A stretch of 28,806 nucleotides of DNA from Gaiellaceae bacterium (GTDB taxonomy: Bacteria > Actinomycetota > Thermoleophilia > Gaiellales > Gaiellaceae), in contig DASVEU010000117.1 of the NCBI GenBank assembly GCA_036380395.1, positions 1 to 28,806 on the forward strand. The letters run 5' to 3'. Below the pieces are notes generated by a model. That model had not been told where the DNA came from and searched no databases. It saw only the letters and a program-made list of their open reading frames with translations. Shown here one piece after another: positions 1 through 8,278 of this stretch. The stretch's first letter is position 1; each line of letters begins with the position of its first letter. The translations under genes were made by a program, and so were the position numbers.

Positions 1-758
1 CGCGCGAGCAGGGTCTTGCCGGTTCCGGGAGGCCCGCTGAGGAGCACGCCCCGCGGGATCCGCCCACCGAGTCGTCCGTAGCGGTCGGGGTTCTTCAGAA
101 AGTCGACGATCTCCGTCAGCTCGTCCTTCGCTTCTTCGATCCCTGCGACGTCGTCGAAGGTCACGCGCTCCGCAGAGGCCTCGTAGCGTTTCGCTCGCGA
201 ACGGCCGAAAGAGCCGAGCGCCGAGCGACCGCCACGCCTCATCAGAAGCACCAGGAGGCCGATGAGCAGGAGGGTCGGGCCGAAGCCGTACAGCAAGGTC
301 TCCCACCAGGCGGCTGAGCTTTCCAGCGGCTCGGCGTTGATGACGACATTGTTCTCTTCGAGGAGTTTGGAAAGTGCGGCTGTGTCCGCGAACGAGGGAA
401 TCAGCGTCGAGAATCGTTCGGAGCTCCGAGAGCCGCTGCCGGTTGGCGGATAGCGCACGGGACTTTTGAACAGCCCCTGAACTGATGTCCCCTTGGAGAT
501 GATGCGGTCGACGTTGCCCTGGCGAACCTCGTTCAGGAAGAGCGGGCTGTACGGGATCTGAACGCGTGGCGGCTCCGAGAGCGAACGGGACGCAAGCCAA
601 TAGTTCAGGACGAACGCGGCCAGAATCGCTATGACAACCCACCTGCCGACAGGCCCCAACGGTCGTCGTGGGAGTCTCCAGCTCGGCTTGGGAACTTCGG
701 GAGCGACCGGCAGAGGAGCCTTTCTGCCGGCACTGCTACTCGGGGGGGCCTCGCGCAT
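1..758 (-). CDS. ftsH: ATP-dependent zinc metalloprotease FtsH, N-terminal part (runs off the left edge)
   Basis: I translated the minus strand by hand; the frame is open from ATG 758 to the edge. It shows two hydrophobic TM segments, then [10 protein letters not shown]...[53 protein letters not shown] (FtsH AAA Walker A). It is absent from the ORF track because there is no stop in the window. The exact start is uncertain (TTG 659 is an alternative). Confidence 0.95.
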   Translation of the reverse strand, partial: MREAPPSSSAGRKAPLPVAPEVPKPSWRLPRRPLGPVGRWVVIAILAAFVLNYWLASRSLSEPPRVQIPYSPLFLNEVRQGNVDRIISKGTSVQGLFKSPVRYPPTGSGSRSSERFSTLIPSFADTAALSKLLEENNVVINAEPLESSAAWWETLLYGFGPTLLLIGLLVLLMRRGGRSALGSFGRSRAKRYEASAERVTFDDVAGIEEAKDELTEIVDFLKNPDRYGRLGGRIPRGVLLSGPPGTGKTLLA

Positions 759-765
759 CCACTAC

Positions 766-771
766 TAGGCT
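766..771 (+). promoter_or_regulatory. Candidate -10 hexamer TAGGCT for a leaderless moaD-moaE transcript
   Basis: TANNNT hexamer 7 nt upstream of ATG 779, with no Shine-Dalgarno sequence. Confidence 0.55.
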
Positions 772-778
772 GCTCATC

Positions 779-1411
779 ATGGGCGTCTCCGTCAAGCTTT
801 TCGCGGGTCTCAGGGAGCGCGCCGGCTGGAGCGAACGCGAGCTCGACGGCGTCGACCGAGTCGCCGATGTCTGGCCCGCGCTCGATCTCGGCGACGAGCC
901 GGAAGGCCTGCTCTACGCGGTGAACAAGGAGTACGCCGACCGAGATCGCCCGCTCGCCGACGGCGACGAGGTCGCGCTGATCCCACCCGTTTCGGGCGGT
1001 GCTTTCCGCCTCACCGCGGAACCGCTGTCAGTGGATGCAGTCGTCGACGAGGTGCGCACGGACCAGGCGGGGGCGATCGCGACCTTCATCGGGACCACCC
1101 GTCTGCAGTCACGCGGGCGCACTGTCCTTCACCTCGACTACGAGGCTTACGAAGAAATGGCCGAACGGGTGATGGCCCAGATCGCGGCAGAACTGAAAGA
1201 ACGCTATGACCTCTGTCAGATCGCGATCCACCATCGCACGGGGCGACTCGAGATCGGCGAGGCGAGCGTGGTCATCGCCGTGTCGGCGCCGCACCGACAG
1301 GATGCGCTTGCTGCGTGCAAGGACGCGATCGACACCCTCAAAGAGCAGGTGCCGCTCTGGAAGAAGGAGTTCTACGAGGGCGGCGAGGAATGGATCGGCC
1401 GCGGTTCGTAG
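779..1411 (+). CDS. moaD-moaE: Fused molybdopterin synthase: MoaD sulfur carrier plus MoaE catalytic subunit (MoaX-like)
   Basis: The N-terminal VKLFAGLRE...AVNKEY...GDEVALIPPVSGG is ThiS/MoaD-like with an internal GG. It continues in frame into MoaE motifs (GAIATFIGTTR, LDYEAYEEMA, HRTGRLEIGEASVVIAVSAPHRQDA, LKEQVPLWKKE). I moved the start from 668 to ATG 779. Confidence 0.93.
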   Translation: MGVSVKLFAGLRERAGWSERELDGVDRVADVWPALDLGDEPEGLLYAVNKEYADRDRPLADGDEVALIPPVSGGAFRLTAEPLSVDAVVDEVRTDQAGAIATFIGTTRLQSRGRTVLHLDYEAYEEMAERVMAQIAAELKERYDLCQIAIHHRTGRLEIGEASVVIAVSAPHRQDALAACKDAIDTLKEQVPLWKKEFYEGGEEWIGRGS

Positions 1412-1513
1412 CTTCCGTTGGGACAGATCAGCGCCCTGTGGGCCGCCCGGCCTATTCCGAACCGGGGCAAACACTGCGAGGTTTAGGTCGCCTCTCGCCG
1501 TCGGGAGGCGGGC

Positions 1514-1744
1514 ATGGAAGACATCGACCAGAGCCGATTCGCGCTGATGACAGCGCTAGGCGAGGCCCACAAGGCGCGCCCCGACGAGTACCCCAACCCG
1601 GGCACCCTGGTCGCCATGAGCGATGAGGGCGTCCGCGCGTACGCAGTCGGGCTGCTCCGGCTGCTCGAGGCGGCGCCGGGTGGCGACGGTCTCGAGACTG
1701 AGCTGCAGAAGGAGCTGCGACTGATCCTGGGCGACACTCCCTAG
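1514..1744 (+). CDS. Small hypothetical protein (76 aa)
   Basis: GGGAGG Shine-Dalgarno sequence just upstream of ATG 1514, GC3-rich codons and a balanced composition, filling an intergenic gap. No family recognised. Confidence 0.65.
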   Translation: MEDIDQSRFALMTALGEAHKARPDEYPNPGTLVAMSDEGVRAYAVGLLRLLEAAPGGDGLETELQKELRLILGDTP

Positions 1745-1845
1745 CCCAGCGTTCCGTCTCGCTGCCCTGAGCCGGCGAGCAGTGGATCGGCCGGGGGTCA
1801 TGCGCTGCCGCGGTGCGACCGATACCGGTTGGCACAATGGCAGGG

Positions 1846-2646
1846 ATGGAGCAATACCCACAGGAGTGGCGCCAGTACGAGCCGATCCAGCCGAAAGGCT
1901 TCGACTGGCGCGGCCTTTTCCGCAGGATCTGGGCGCCGATCGCCGCTATCGGCGCATTTCTGGCCAAGTTCGGCGTCGTCCTGCTCAAGTTCAAGTTCCT
2001 CTTCTCGATGTTCGTCTCGGCCGCTGTATACGTCTGGATCGGCGGCTGGTGGTTCGGGATCGGGCTCGTCGTCTTGCTGTTCGTGCACGAGATGGGACAC
2101 GTCCTCGAGGCGAAGCGGCAGGGGCTCCCGGTGTCGGCGCCGCTCTTCATCCCGTTCATGGGCGCGCTGATCACGCTCAAGGAGATGCCGCACAACGCCT
2201 GGCGCGAGGCAAAGCTTGCGATCGGAGGCCCGCTGCTGGGCTCGGCCGGGGCGCTTGCCATCTATATCGCCGGCGTCGCCTATGACTCGAACTCCCTCAA
2301 GGCTCTCGCCTTTCTCGGCTTCTTCATCAACCTCTTCAACCTGCTTCCGGTCGTCCCGCTCGACGGCGGGCGGATCACGGCCGCCTTGCACCCGGCGCTC
2401 TGGTTGGTCGGCTTCCTAGGACTGCTGGGCCTCGTGATCTGGAAGCCCAACCCGATCCTGATCATCATCCTGCTCTTCTCGGCGTCTGAGCTCTGGCGCC
2501 GCTGGAAGATGCGCCATCACCCCGAGATGCAGGAGTACTACCGCGTCAAACCGCACCAACGGCTGATCATCGGTGTGCTGTACTTCGGCCTCGCGATCGC
2601 ACTGGTGCTCGGTATGCACGCGACGCACGTGCCGCGAAACTTCTGA
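1846..2646 (+). CDS. Site-2 protease family (peptidase M50) intramembrane metalloprotease
   Basis: HEMGH zinc motif, AIGGP, NLLPVVPLDGG (NxxPxxxxDG) and several TM helices. ATG 1846 is preferred (ATG 1837 is an alternative) because CACAAT lies 7 nt upstream. Confidence 0.92.
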   Translation: MEQYPQEWRQYEPIQPKGFDWRGLFRRIWAPIAAIGAFLAKFGVVLLKFKFLFSMFVSAAVYVWIGGWWFGIGLVVLLFVHEMGHVLEAKRQGLPVSAPLFIPFMGALITLKEMPHNAWREAKLAIGGPLLGSAGALAIYIAGVAYDSNSLKALAFLGFFINLFNLLPVVPLDGGRITAALHPALWLVGFLGLLGLVIWKPNPILIIILLFSASELWRRWKMRHHPEMQEYYRVKPHQRLIIGVLYFGLAIALVLGMHATHVPRNF

Positions 2647-3350
2647 TGGAAGACAGACGGATCCTCTCCGCCGAGGAGAAGACCGAAGATCTCGAACAGG
2701 ACATCGCCCTCATCGCGCACGAGTTCCGCGAGGGCTTCGAGGCGGTCGACATGATCGTCCAGCCGGCGGTAACCATCTTCGGTTCCGCGCGCATCACCGA
2801 AGACAACCCGGTCTACGCGGAGGCGCGCACGGCAGGCCGCCGCTTCGCCGAGCTGGGCTGGGCGGTCGTGACCGGCGGCGGGCCTGGCGTGATGGAGGCC
2901 GCCAATCGCGGCGCGAAGGAAGGAGGCGGGCTCTCCGTCGGCTTCAACATCGAACTGGCGCACGAGCAGGCGCCGAACCCCTACCTCGACATCTCGCTGA
3001 CGTTCCGGCACTTCTACGCACGCAAGACGATGTTTGTGAAGGCCGCCGAAGGCTTCGTCGTCTTCCCAGGTGGATTCGGGACGGTGGACGAGCTGTTCGA
3101 GGCGCTGACGCTGATCCAGACGGGAAAGGTGTTCCACTTCCCGGTCGTCCTGTACGGCAGCGACTACTGGGGCGAGCTGATCGACTGGATCAAGGGCGAA
3201 CTGCTCGCCGACGGGATGATCTCGCCGGAGGATCTCGACCTCCTGTTCGTCACCGATGATCTCGACGAGGTGGTCGAACGAGTGCGGGCGGGCTACGAGT
3301 CGCGCTCCTCGGCGACACCTGCTGCCCCGGTCAAGGCCGACGCGCAGTGA
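2646..3350 (+). CDS. LOG family (TIGR00730-type Rossmann fold) nucleotide phosphoribohydrolase
   Basis: VTIFGSAR, VTGGGPGVMEAANRGA, FYARKTMFVK, PGGFGTVDELFE (PGGxGTxxE). TGATG overlap with the M50 gene. Confidence 0.92.
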   Translation: MEDRRILSAEEKTEDLEQDIALIAHEFREGFEAVDMIVQPAVTIFGSARITEDNPVYAEARTAGRRFAELGWAVVTGGGPGVMEAANRGAKEGGGLSVGFNIELAHEQAPNPYLDISLTFRHFYARKTMFVKAAEGFVVFPGGFGTVDELFEALTLIQTGKVFHFPVVLYGSDYWGELIDWIKGELLADGMISPEDLDLLFVTDDLDEVVERVRAGYESRSSATPAAPVKADAQ

Positions 3351-3369
3351 TCGCGCCTTAGTTACGAAG

Positions 3370-3375
3370 TAGCCT
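3370..3375 (+). promoter_or_regulatory. Candidate -10 hexamer TAGCCT for a leaderless selA transcript
   Basis: TANNNT 6 nt upstream of ATG 3382, with no SD. Confidence 0.5.
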
Positions 3376-3381
3376 CTCGCC

Positions 3382-4656
3382 ATGAGGTTGCGTGACCTTC
3401 CGTCCGTTGACGAGCTGGCGCGGCAGAGCGCCGATCCGCTCGCTGTCGAGGCTGCGCGCAAAGTCGTCGCGCGCGCGCGTGAACAGATCCAGCGGGGTGA
3501 CGATCCAGGCGATCTGGCGGCGCTGCTGCAGAACGAACTCGACGCTGCGCATACGTCGCACCTGCGGCGGGTGATCAACGCCACGGGCGTGATCGTGCAC
3601 ACGAACCTCGGCCGTGCTCCGCTCGCCGAGGCCGCGCTCGACCGTGTGCGCGAGATCGCGCGAGGCTACTCGAACCTCGAGTACGAGCTGGCGGCCGGCG
3701 CGCGCGGCTCCCGGCAGGAACACGTCGCCGACAGCCTCCGCCGCCTGACCGGGGCCGAGGCCGCGCTCGTGGTCAACAACAACGCGGCGGCGGTAATGCT
3801 CGCGCTCGCCGCGCTCGCCGAAGGTCGTGAGGTGTTGGTGTCGCGCGGAGAGTTGATCGAGATCGGCGACGGGTTTCGCATTCCCGACGTACTCGAACGA
3901 TCGGGTGCGCGCCTGCGCGAGGTCGGAACGACGAACCGCACGCGCGCATCCGACTACGAAGCCGCGATCGGCACGGAGACAGCGGTGCTGTTGCGCGTGC
4001 ACCAGTCGAACTTCCGTGTCGTCGGCTTTACTGCCCAGCCTTCGCTGGGCGAACTGGCGGACATCGCTCGCCGTCACGATCTGCCGCTCGTCGACGATCT
4101 CGGATCAGGTGCGCTCATCGACATCGGTGACGAGCCGACGGCCCGCGCAAGCCTGGCTGCCGGCGCGGACCTCGTGTGCTTCTCCGGCGACAAGCTGTTG
4201 GGTGGCCCCCAGGCCGGGATCGTCCTGGGGCGCGCCGAGCTCGTGGAGAAACTGCGCCGCCATCCGCTGCAACGAGCATTGCGCGCAGACAAGCTGACTC
4301 TTGCTGCGCTCGAAGGAACTCTTGCGCTCGCCGTCGACGCGCCGGATGAGATCCCGGTGTTGCGCATGTTGCGCGAGCCGGTGGAAGCCGTGAGAGTGCG
4401 CGCCGCGCGTCTGGCGGAGCTCGTTCACGGTGAGGTCGAAGAGACCGTTGCACGGGCCGGCGGTGGATCGCTGCCGTTGACGGAGCTCCCAAGTTTTGCC
4501 TGCGCCGTAGAGGAAGAGCTGGCCGTGAAGCTGCGGGCGGGCGATCCACCCGTGATCGCGGTCGTGCGCGACGGCCGAACGCTCCTGGATTGCCGGACGC
4601 TCACGGATGCGGAGGCGGACGAGGTTGCGGTGGCTGTCGAGGCCGCGCGCGCATGA
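3382..4656 (+). CDS. selA: L-seryl-tRNA(Sec) selenium transferase (selenocysteine synthase)
   Basis: VINATGVIVHTNLGRAPL, YSNLEYEL..G.RGSR, VVNNNAAAV, VSRGELIEIGDGFRIPD, EVGTTNRT, VHQSNF, DDLGSG, FSGDKLLGGPQAG (PLP lysine), HPLQRALRADK. Confidence 0.97.
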   Translation: MRLRDLPSVDELARQSADPLAVEAARKVVARAREQIQRGDDPGDLAALLQNELDAAHTSHLRRVINATGVIVHTNLGRAPLAEAALDRVREIARGYSNLEYELAAGARGSRQEHVADSLRRLTGAEAALVVNNNAAAVMLALAALAEGREVLVSRGELIEIGDGFRIPDVLERSGARLREVGTTNRTRASDYEAAIGTETAVLLRVHQSNFRVVGFTAQPSLGELADIARRHDLPLVDDLGSGALIDIGDEPTARASLAAGADLVCFSGDKLLGGPQAGIVLGRAELVEKLRRHPLQRALRADKLTLAALEGTLALAVDAPDEIPVLRMLREPVEAVRVRAARLAELVHGEVEETVARAGGGSLPLTELPSFACAVEEELAVKLRAGDPPVIAVVRDGRTLLDCRTLTDAEADEVAVAVEAARA

Positions 4657-5615
4657 ACGACGTGCCGCCGGAAGCACGGCTTTGGAACCTCATCCGCGGT
4701 GCGTTGGGCACCAAGGCCCTCGGCATCGCCGCGGACCTCGGCGTGGCCGATGCGCTCGCCACCGGTCCGCGCTCGGTTGCCGAGCTTGCAGAGGAAAACG
4801 GTGCGGATACCGACACCCTCCATCGCATCCTGCGGGCGCTGGCGAGCGACGGAGTCTTCGCAGAGGACGAGCCCGGTGCTTTCCGCAACACCGAGGCCTC
4901 GGAGCTGCTCCGCAGTGACAACGACGACCGCTGGCGCGAGTTCGCGCACCTCTTCGGTGAGGTCTGCTACCCCGCAATCGGTGCACTCGACGTGCGCCTC
5001 ACCGACGTGCCCTTTGCGCGCGCGTACGGGACGGACATCTGGTCCTGGTTTGCCACCCAGCCGGAGGAGCGCTCGAATTTCGACCGGGCCATGGAGGGCG
5101 GCCAGGCCGAACGTGCCGACAAGCTCGCTGCGCTCGAGTGGCGCGAGGGCGAGGCCGTCGTGGACGTCGGCGGCGGCACCGGCAGGCTCCTTCGTGACCT
5201 CCTCGAGCGCCGGCCGGAGCTGCGCGGGATCGTCTTCGACCTGCCCGAGGCTGATCGAGAGGAGACCGCCGTCGGTGATCGCATCACCTTCGTTTCCGGG
5301 AGCTTCTTCGAGCAGGTGCCCGAAGGCGATGCCTACGTGCTGTCCAAGATCCTCCATGACTGGGACGACGAGCGTGCGGCAGCCGTCTTGCGTACCGTCC
5401 GCGCAGCGGCACCGGATGAGGCGCGGTTGCTCGTCCTCGATTCGGTCGTCCCGCCGGGCAACGACCAGGCCGGCGTGAAGTGGCTGGACCTCTTGATGCT
5501 CGTCCTCCAGCGCGGGCGAGAGCGAACCGAGTCTGATTGGCGTGCGCTCCTCGACGGCGCAGGCTTCCGCGTGGAGCAGATCGAGGACGGTCTGATTCAA
5601 GCCAGATGCCGCTGA
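4653..5615 (+). CDS. SAM-dependent methyltransferase, O-methyltransferase family 2 (dimerisation plus Rossmann domains)
   Basis: N-terminal winged helix (LGIAADLGVADAL, LHRILRALASDGVF), motif I VVDVGGGTG, FDLP, GSFF, catalytic ILHDWDDE, LDLLML...GRERT. ATGA overlap with selA; I moved the start from 4590 to 4653. Confidence 0.9.
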   Translation: MNDVPPEARLWNLIRGALGTKALGIAADLGVADALATGPRSVAELAEENGADTDTLHRILRALASDGVFAEDEPGAFRNTEASELLRSDNDDRWREFAHLFGEVCYPAIGALDVRLTDVPFARAYGTDIWSWFATQPEERSNFDRAMEGGQAERADKLAALEWREGEAVVDVGGGTGRLLRDLLERRPELRGIVFDLPEADREETAVGDRITFVSGSFFEQVPEGDAYVLSKILHDWDDERAAAVLRTVRAAAPDEARLLVLDSVVPPGNDQAGVKWLDLLMLVLQRGRERTESDWRALLDGAGFRVEQIEDGLIQARCR

Positions 5616-7213
5616 CTGTCGGGACAGCAGGACACATCGACCACGGCAAGACATGGCTCGTGCGCGCGCTGACCGGCAAGGACACCGATCGACTTCCCGA
5701 GGAACAGGCCCGCGGGATCTCGATCGATCTGGGCTACGCGCCGCTCGAGTTGCCGGACGGCCGCCGGCTCTCGCTCGTGGACGTGCCGGGACACGAGCGC
5801 TTCGTCCGCACGATGGTCGCGGGAGCGACCGGGATCGACCTGTTCCTGCTCGTCATCGACGCTGGCGAGGGCGCGCGTCCGCAGACGCGCGAGCACCTGG
5901 CGATCCTCAGGTTGCTCAGCGTCGATCGAGGTGTGGTCGCAGTCACAAAGGCGGATGCCGTCGAGCCCGATGCGCTCGAGCTCGCACTCGACGAAGCACG
6001 CGAGCTCGTGCCGGGCTCGGAGGTCGTCGCCGTCAGCGCGAAGACAGGCAGCGGCCTGGACGAGCTGCGTGCTGCTCTGGCTCGCGCCTCCGTCGACACC
6101 GAACGCGCGGACGCACCGACGAGGCTCTATGTCGATCGCGTCTTCAGCCTGCACGGCATCGGAACGGTCGCGACCGGGACTCTCTGGTCGGGAAGGATCG
6201 GCCCGGGAGCCATCCTCCGTGCAGAGCCGGGCGCGCGCGAGGTACGAGTTCGCAGCGTGCAGGTCCACGACCGGGAAGTCGACGTCGCCGAGGCTGGACA
6301 GCGAGTCGCGGTTGCTCTTCCCGGCGTGGAGCGGAGCGACCTCGGCCGTGGCGACGCTCTAGTCGAACGTGACGCGTACGACGTCAGCTTTCGGCTCGAT
6401 GTCGAGGTCGAGGAGCTCGCGCCGATCCCGCCGCGTGTACTCGTTCACCACGGGACGGCAACCGTGCTCGCGCGCGTGGTGCGCGTCGACCGCTTCGCCC
6501 AGCTTCGGCTCGACGCGCCGATCGTGGCTGCGCGGGGTGACCGTGTCGTGCTGCGCGCGGGAACGACGGTCGGAGGCGGGCTCGTCATCGACGCCGCCCC
6601 GCCGCGTCATGCTGACGCGACGCGATTCGAGCGCAGCGCGCGCGGCGAGGTGCTGCTCCACGCGCCGGTTCTCGATGCCGACGGCGGCTGGTCTTTCTCC
6701 GATGAATGGCTCGAAGAGCTTCGCGTTGAGCTCGAGCGGCGCCTCGACGCGGCTGACCCGCTCGATCCGGGCGTGCCGGCTCCGACGCAGGCCTGGGCGC
6801 CGGCCGTCCTGCCGCGGCTCGGACTGGAGCGACGCGGCGCGAAGCTCTACCGCCCGGGCAGGGCGGGCTCACTCGGCGAGCGCGAACGAGAGGCGGCCGA
6901 ACTGGAAGCACGGCTCGGGCTCGAGCCCGTCAAGGTCGAAGACGCGGGCCTCGCGCGCTTCCTCGAGCAACAGGGTCGACTGGTGCGCACCGGCGATGGA
7001 TACGCCGTCTCCGCCGCTGCTTACGAGCGCGCCCGGGATGTCCTATTCGAAGAACTCGGGGCGTCCGGACGGATCACGCTCGCCCGCTTTCGGGACCTGC
7101 TCGGAGTGTCGCGCAAGACCGCACAGCTGCTCCTGGAGCGTTTCGATGCAGACAGAGTCACGCGCCGCGACGGCGATGCGCGCGTCTTGAGGCGCAGCGC
7201 GCCGCGCCCGTAG
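5606..7213 (+). CDS. selB: Selenocysteine-specific translation elongation factor SelB (535 aa)
   Basis: GTAGHIDHGKT, EEQARGISIDLGYA, DVPGHERFVRTMVAGATG, PQTREHL, TKAD, VSAKTG, VDRVFSLHGIGTVATGT, GQRVA, and a C-terminal SECIS-binding winged helix LARFRDLLGVSRKTAQLLLERFD...TRRDGDAR. I moved the start to ATG 5606. Confidence 0.96.
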   Translation: MPLTVGTAGHIDHGKTWLVRALTGKDTDRLPEEQARGISIDLGYAPLELPDGRRLSLVDVPGHERFVRTMVAGATGIDLFLLVIDAGEGARPQTREHLAILRLLSVDRGVVAVTKADAVEPDALELALDEARELVPGSEVVAVSAKTGSGLDELRAALARASVDTERADAPTRLYVDRVFSLHGIGTVATGTLWSGRIGPGAILRAEPGAREVRVRSVQVHDREVDVAEAGQRVAVALPGVERSDLGRGDALVERDAYDVSFRLDVEVEELAPIPPRVLVHHGTATVLARVVRVDRFAQLRLDAPIVAARGDRVVLRAGTTVGGGLVIDAAPPRHADATRFERSARGEVLLHAPVLDADGGWSFSDEWLEELRVELERRLDAADPLDPGVPAPTQAWAPAVLPRLGLERRGAKLYRPGRAGSLGEREREAAELEARLGLEPVKVEDAGLARFLEQQGRLVRTGDGYAVSAAAYERARDVLFEELGASGRITLARFRDLLGVSRKTAQLLLERFDADRVTRRDGDARVLRRSAPRP

Positions 7214-7234
7214 GACCCGTCGGACGAGGGATAA

Positions 7235-7254
7235 GGCCGTCCGGATTGACGGCC
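7235..7254 (+). terminator. GC-rich hairpin downstream of selB (possible U-less intrinsic terminator)
   Basis: Perfect 7-bp stem GGCCGTC-cggatt-GACGGCC, 21 nt after the selB stop. There is no U-tract. Confidence 0.35.
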
Positions 7255-7301
7255 GATGCTGATCGTGGCGTAAGTCCTCAACTGCGGAAAGGCGGCATCC
7301 G

Positions 7302-7373
7302 ATGCTCGAACTGCTGAAGAGCAAGCTTCGTGGTTTTCCGACCGGAAACCTCGGCCTGCGGATCGGCTCCTAG
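7302..7373 (+). CDS. Candidate 23-aa small protein MLELLKSKLRGFPTGNLGLRIGS
   Basis: GAAAGG SD-like motif about 10 nt upstream of ATG 7302. 16 of 22 internal codons end in G/C. Its TAG interlocks with the nitrilase TAG in a CTAG palindrome. Confidence 0.4.
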   Translation: MLELLKSKLRGFPTGNLGLRIGS

Positions 7374-8269
7374 CGGATCTGAAGGCGCAACACGTCCGGC
7401 CGGTTGTAATGCCCGGCCGGGTCGAAACGCTGACGTGCCTCGTAGAGCCGTTGTGGATCGAGATCGGCGTAGAGAATGCCTTCCTCGTTCCACAGCGGCC
7501 CGGCGAGGTAGGTCCCGTCCGGCGCAAGAATGGCTGAGCCCCCGGCGCCCACCAGCTCGTCACCATCGGCAAGCGGCACGTCGTCCGGGTACGCGGAAGC
7601 GCGCTGGAAGACACAGCAGCTGAGGACGAATGCGCGCGACTCTCGCGCGATGTGCTTCATCGAGTCGTGCCAGTCCTCCGAATCGTCGGCCGTCGGGGCC
7701 AGATACACCTCGACTCCACCCTGGTAGAGGGCGAAGCGCGCGAGCGGCATCAGGTTCTCCCAGCAGATCAGGCCGCCGACCTTGCCGAGGTCGGTCGGGA
7801 TCGTCTCCAGCCCACGCCCATCGCCCAGTCCCCAGACCAGGCGCTCGTGATTCGTGGGCATCAGCTTGCGGTGGTGGAGCGCCAGCCCTCCGTCAGGTGA
7901 GTAGACGAGCAGCGAGTTGTAGATCGTCCCGCCGTCGAGCTCGTTCACGCCGACCGCGAGCCAGAGGTCGTTCGCACGCGCGATCTCGGCGAGGCGATCC
8001 GAGTCGGCGCCGGGAACCGTCACCGACTGCTGCATCAGTCGCGCGAAGACTTCGCGTGCTGCTCCCGCCTCCGGACCGCCCCAGCCCGCGAGGTAGCGAA
8101 CCCAGCGGTTGGACGGGTAGACGGGGATGAAGGTCTCCGGAAAGAGGGCGAGTCGCGCACCCGCTCCTGCGACTTCGCCTGCGAGCCCTGCGACCTTGTC
8201 GATCGTGGCCGCGCGATCGAACGCGACCGGCTCGGCCTGGACGCATGCGACCTTGACGACGCCGTCCAC
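7370..8269 (-). CDS. Carbon-nitrogen hydrolase family protein, nitrilase-like (branch 1)
   Basis: Glu-Lys-Cys triad motifs LFPETFIPVYP, HRKLMPTNHERLVWGLGDG and LICWENLMPLAR; also GGSAILAPDG and FDPAGHYNRPDVL. Confidence 0.93.
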   Translation of the reverse strand: MDGVVKVACVQAEPVAFDRAATIDKVAGLAGEVAGAGARLALFPETFIPVYPSNRWVRYLAGWGGPEAGAAREVFARLMQQSVTVPGADSDRLAEIARANDLWLAVGVNELDGGTIYNSLLVYSPDGGLALHHRKLMPTNHERLVWGLGDGRGLETIPTDLGKVGGLICWENLMPLARFALYQGGVEVYLAPTADDSEDWHDSMKHIARESRAFVLSCCVFQRASAYPDDVPLADGDELVGAGGSAILAPDGTYLAGPLWNEEGILYADLDPQRLYEARQRFDPAGHYNRPDVLRLQIR

Positions 8270-8278
8270 GGGCTGAGC

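Noticed and set aside
7214-7370. tRNA-Sec (selC) expected next to selB; the minus strand has TTCAG and GTTCGA
   Set aside because: The TCA and T-loop-like motifs are only a few nt apart, with no room for the long variable arm and no acceptor stem. I could not build a cloverleaf on either strand. selC and selD must lie elsewhere.
7370-8269. Nitrilase-family gene as the N-carbamoylsarcosine amidase of a creatinine pathway
   Set aside because: Its motifs (CWEN, HRKLMPT..ER..WG.GDG) are those of branch-1 nitrilases. Known N-carbamoylsarcosine amidases belong to the isochorismatase family.
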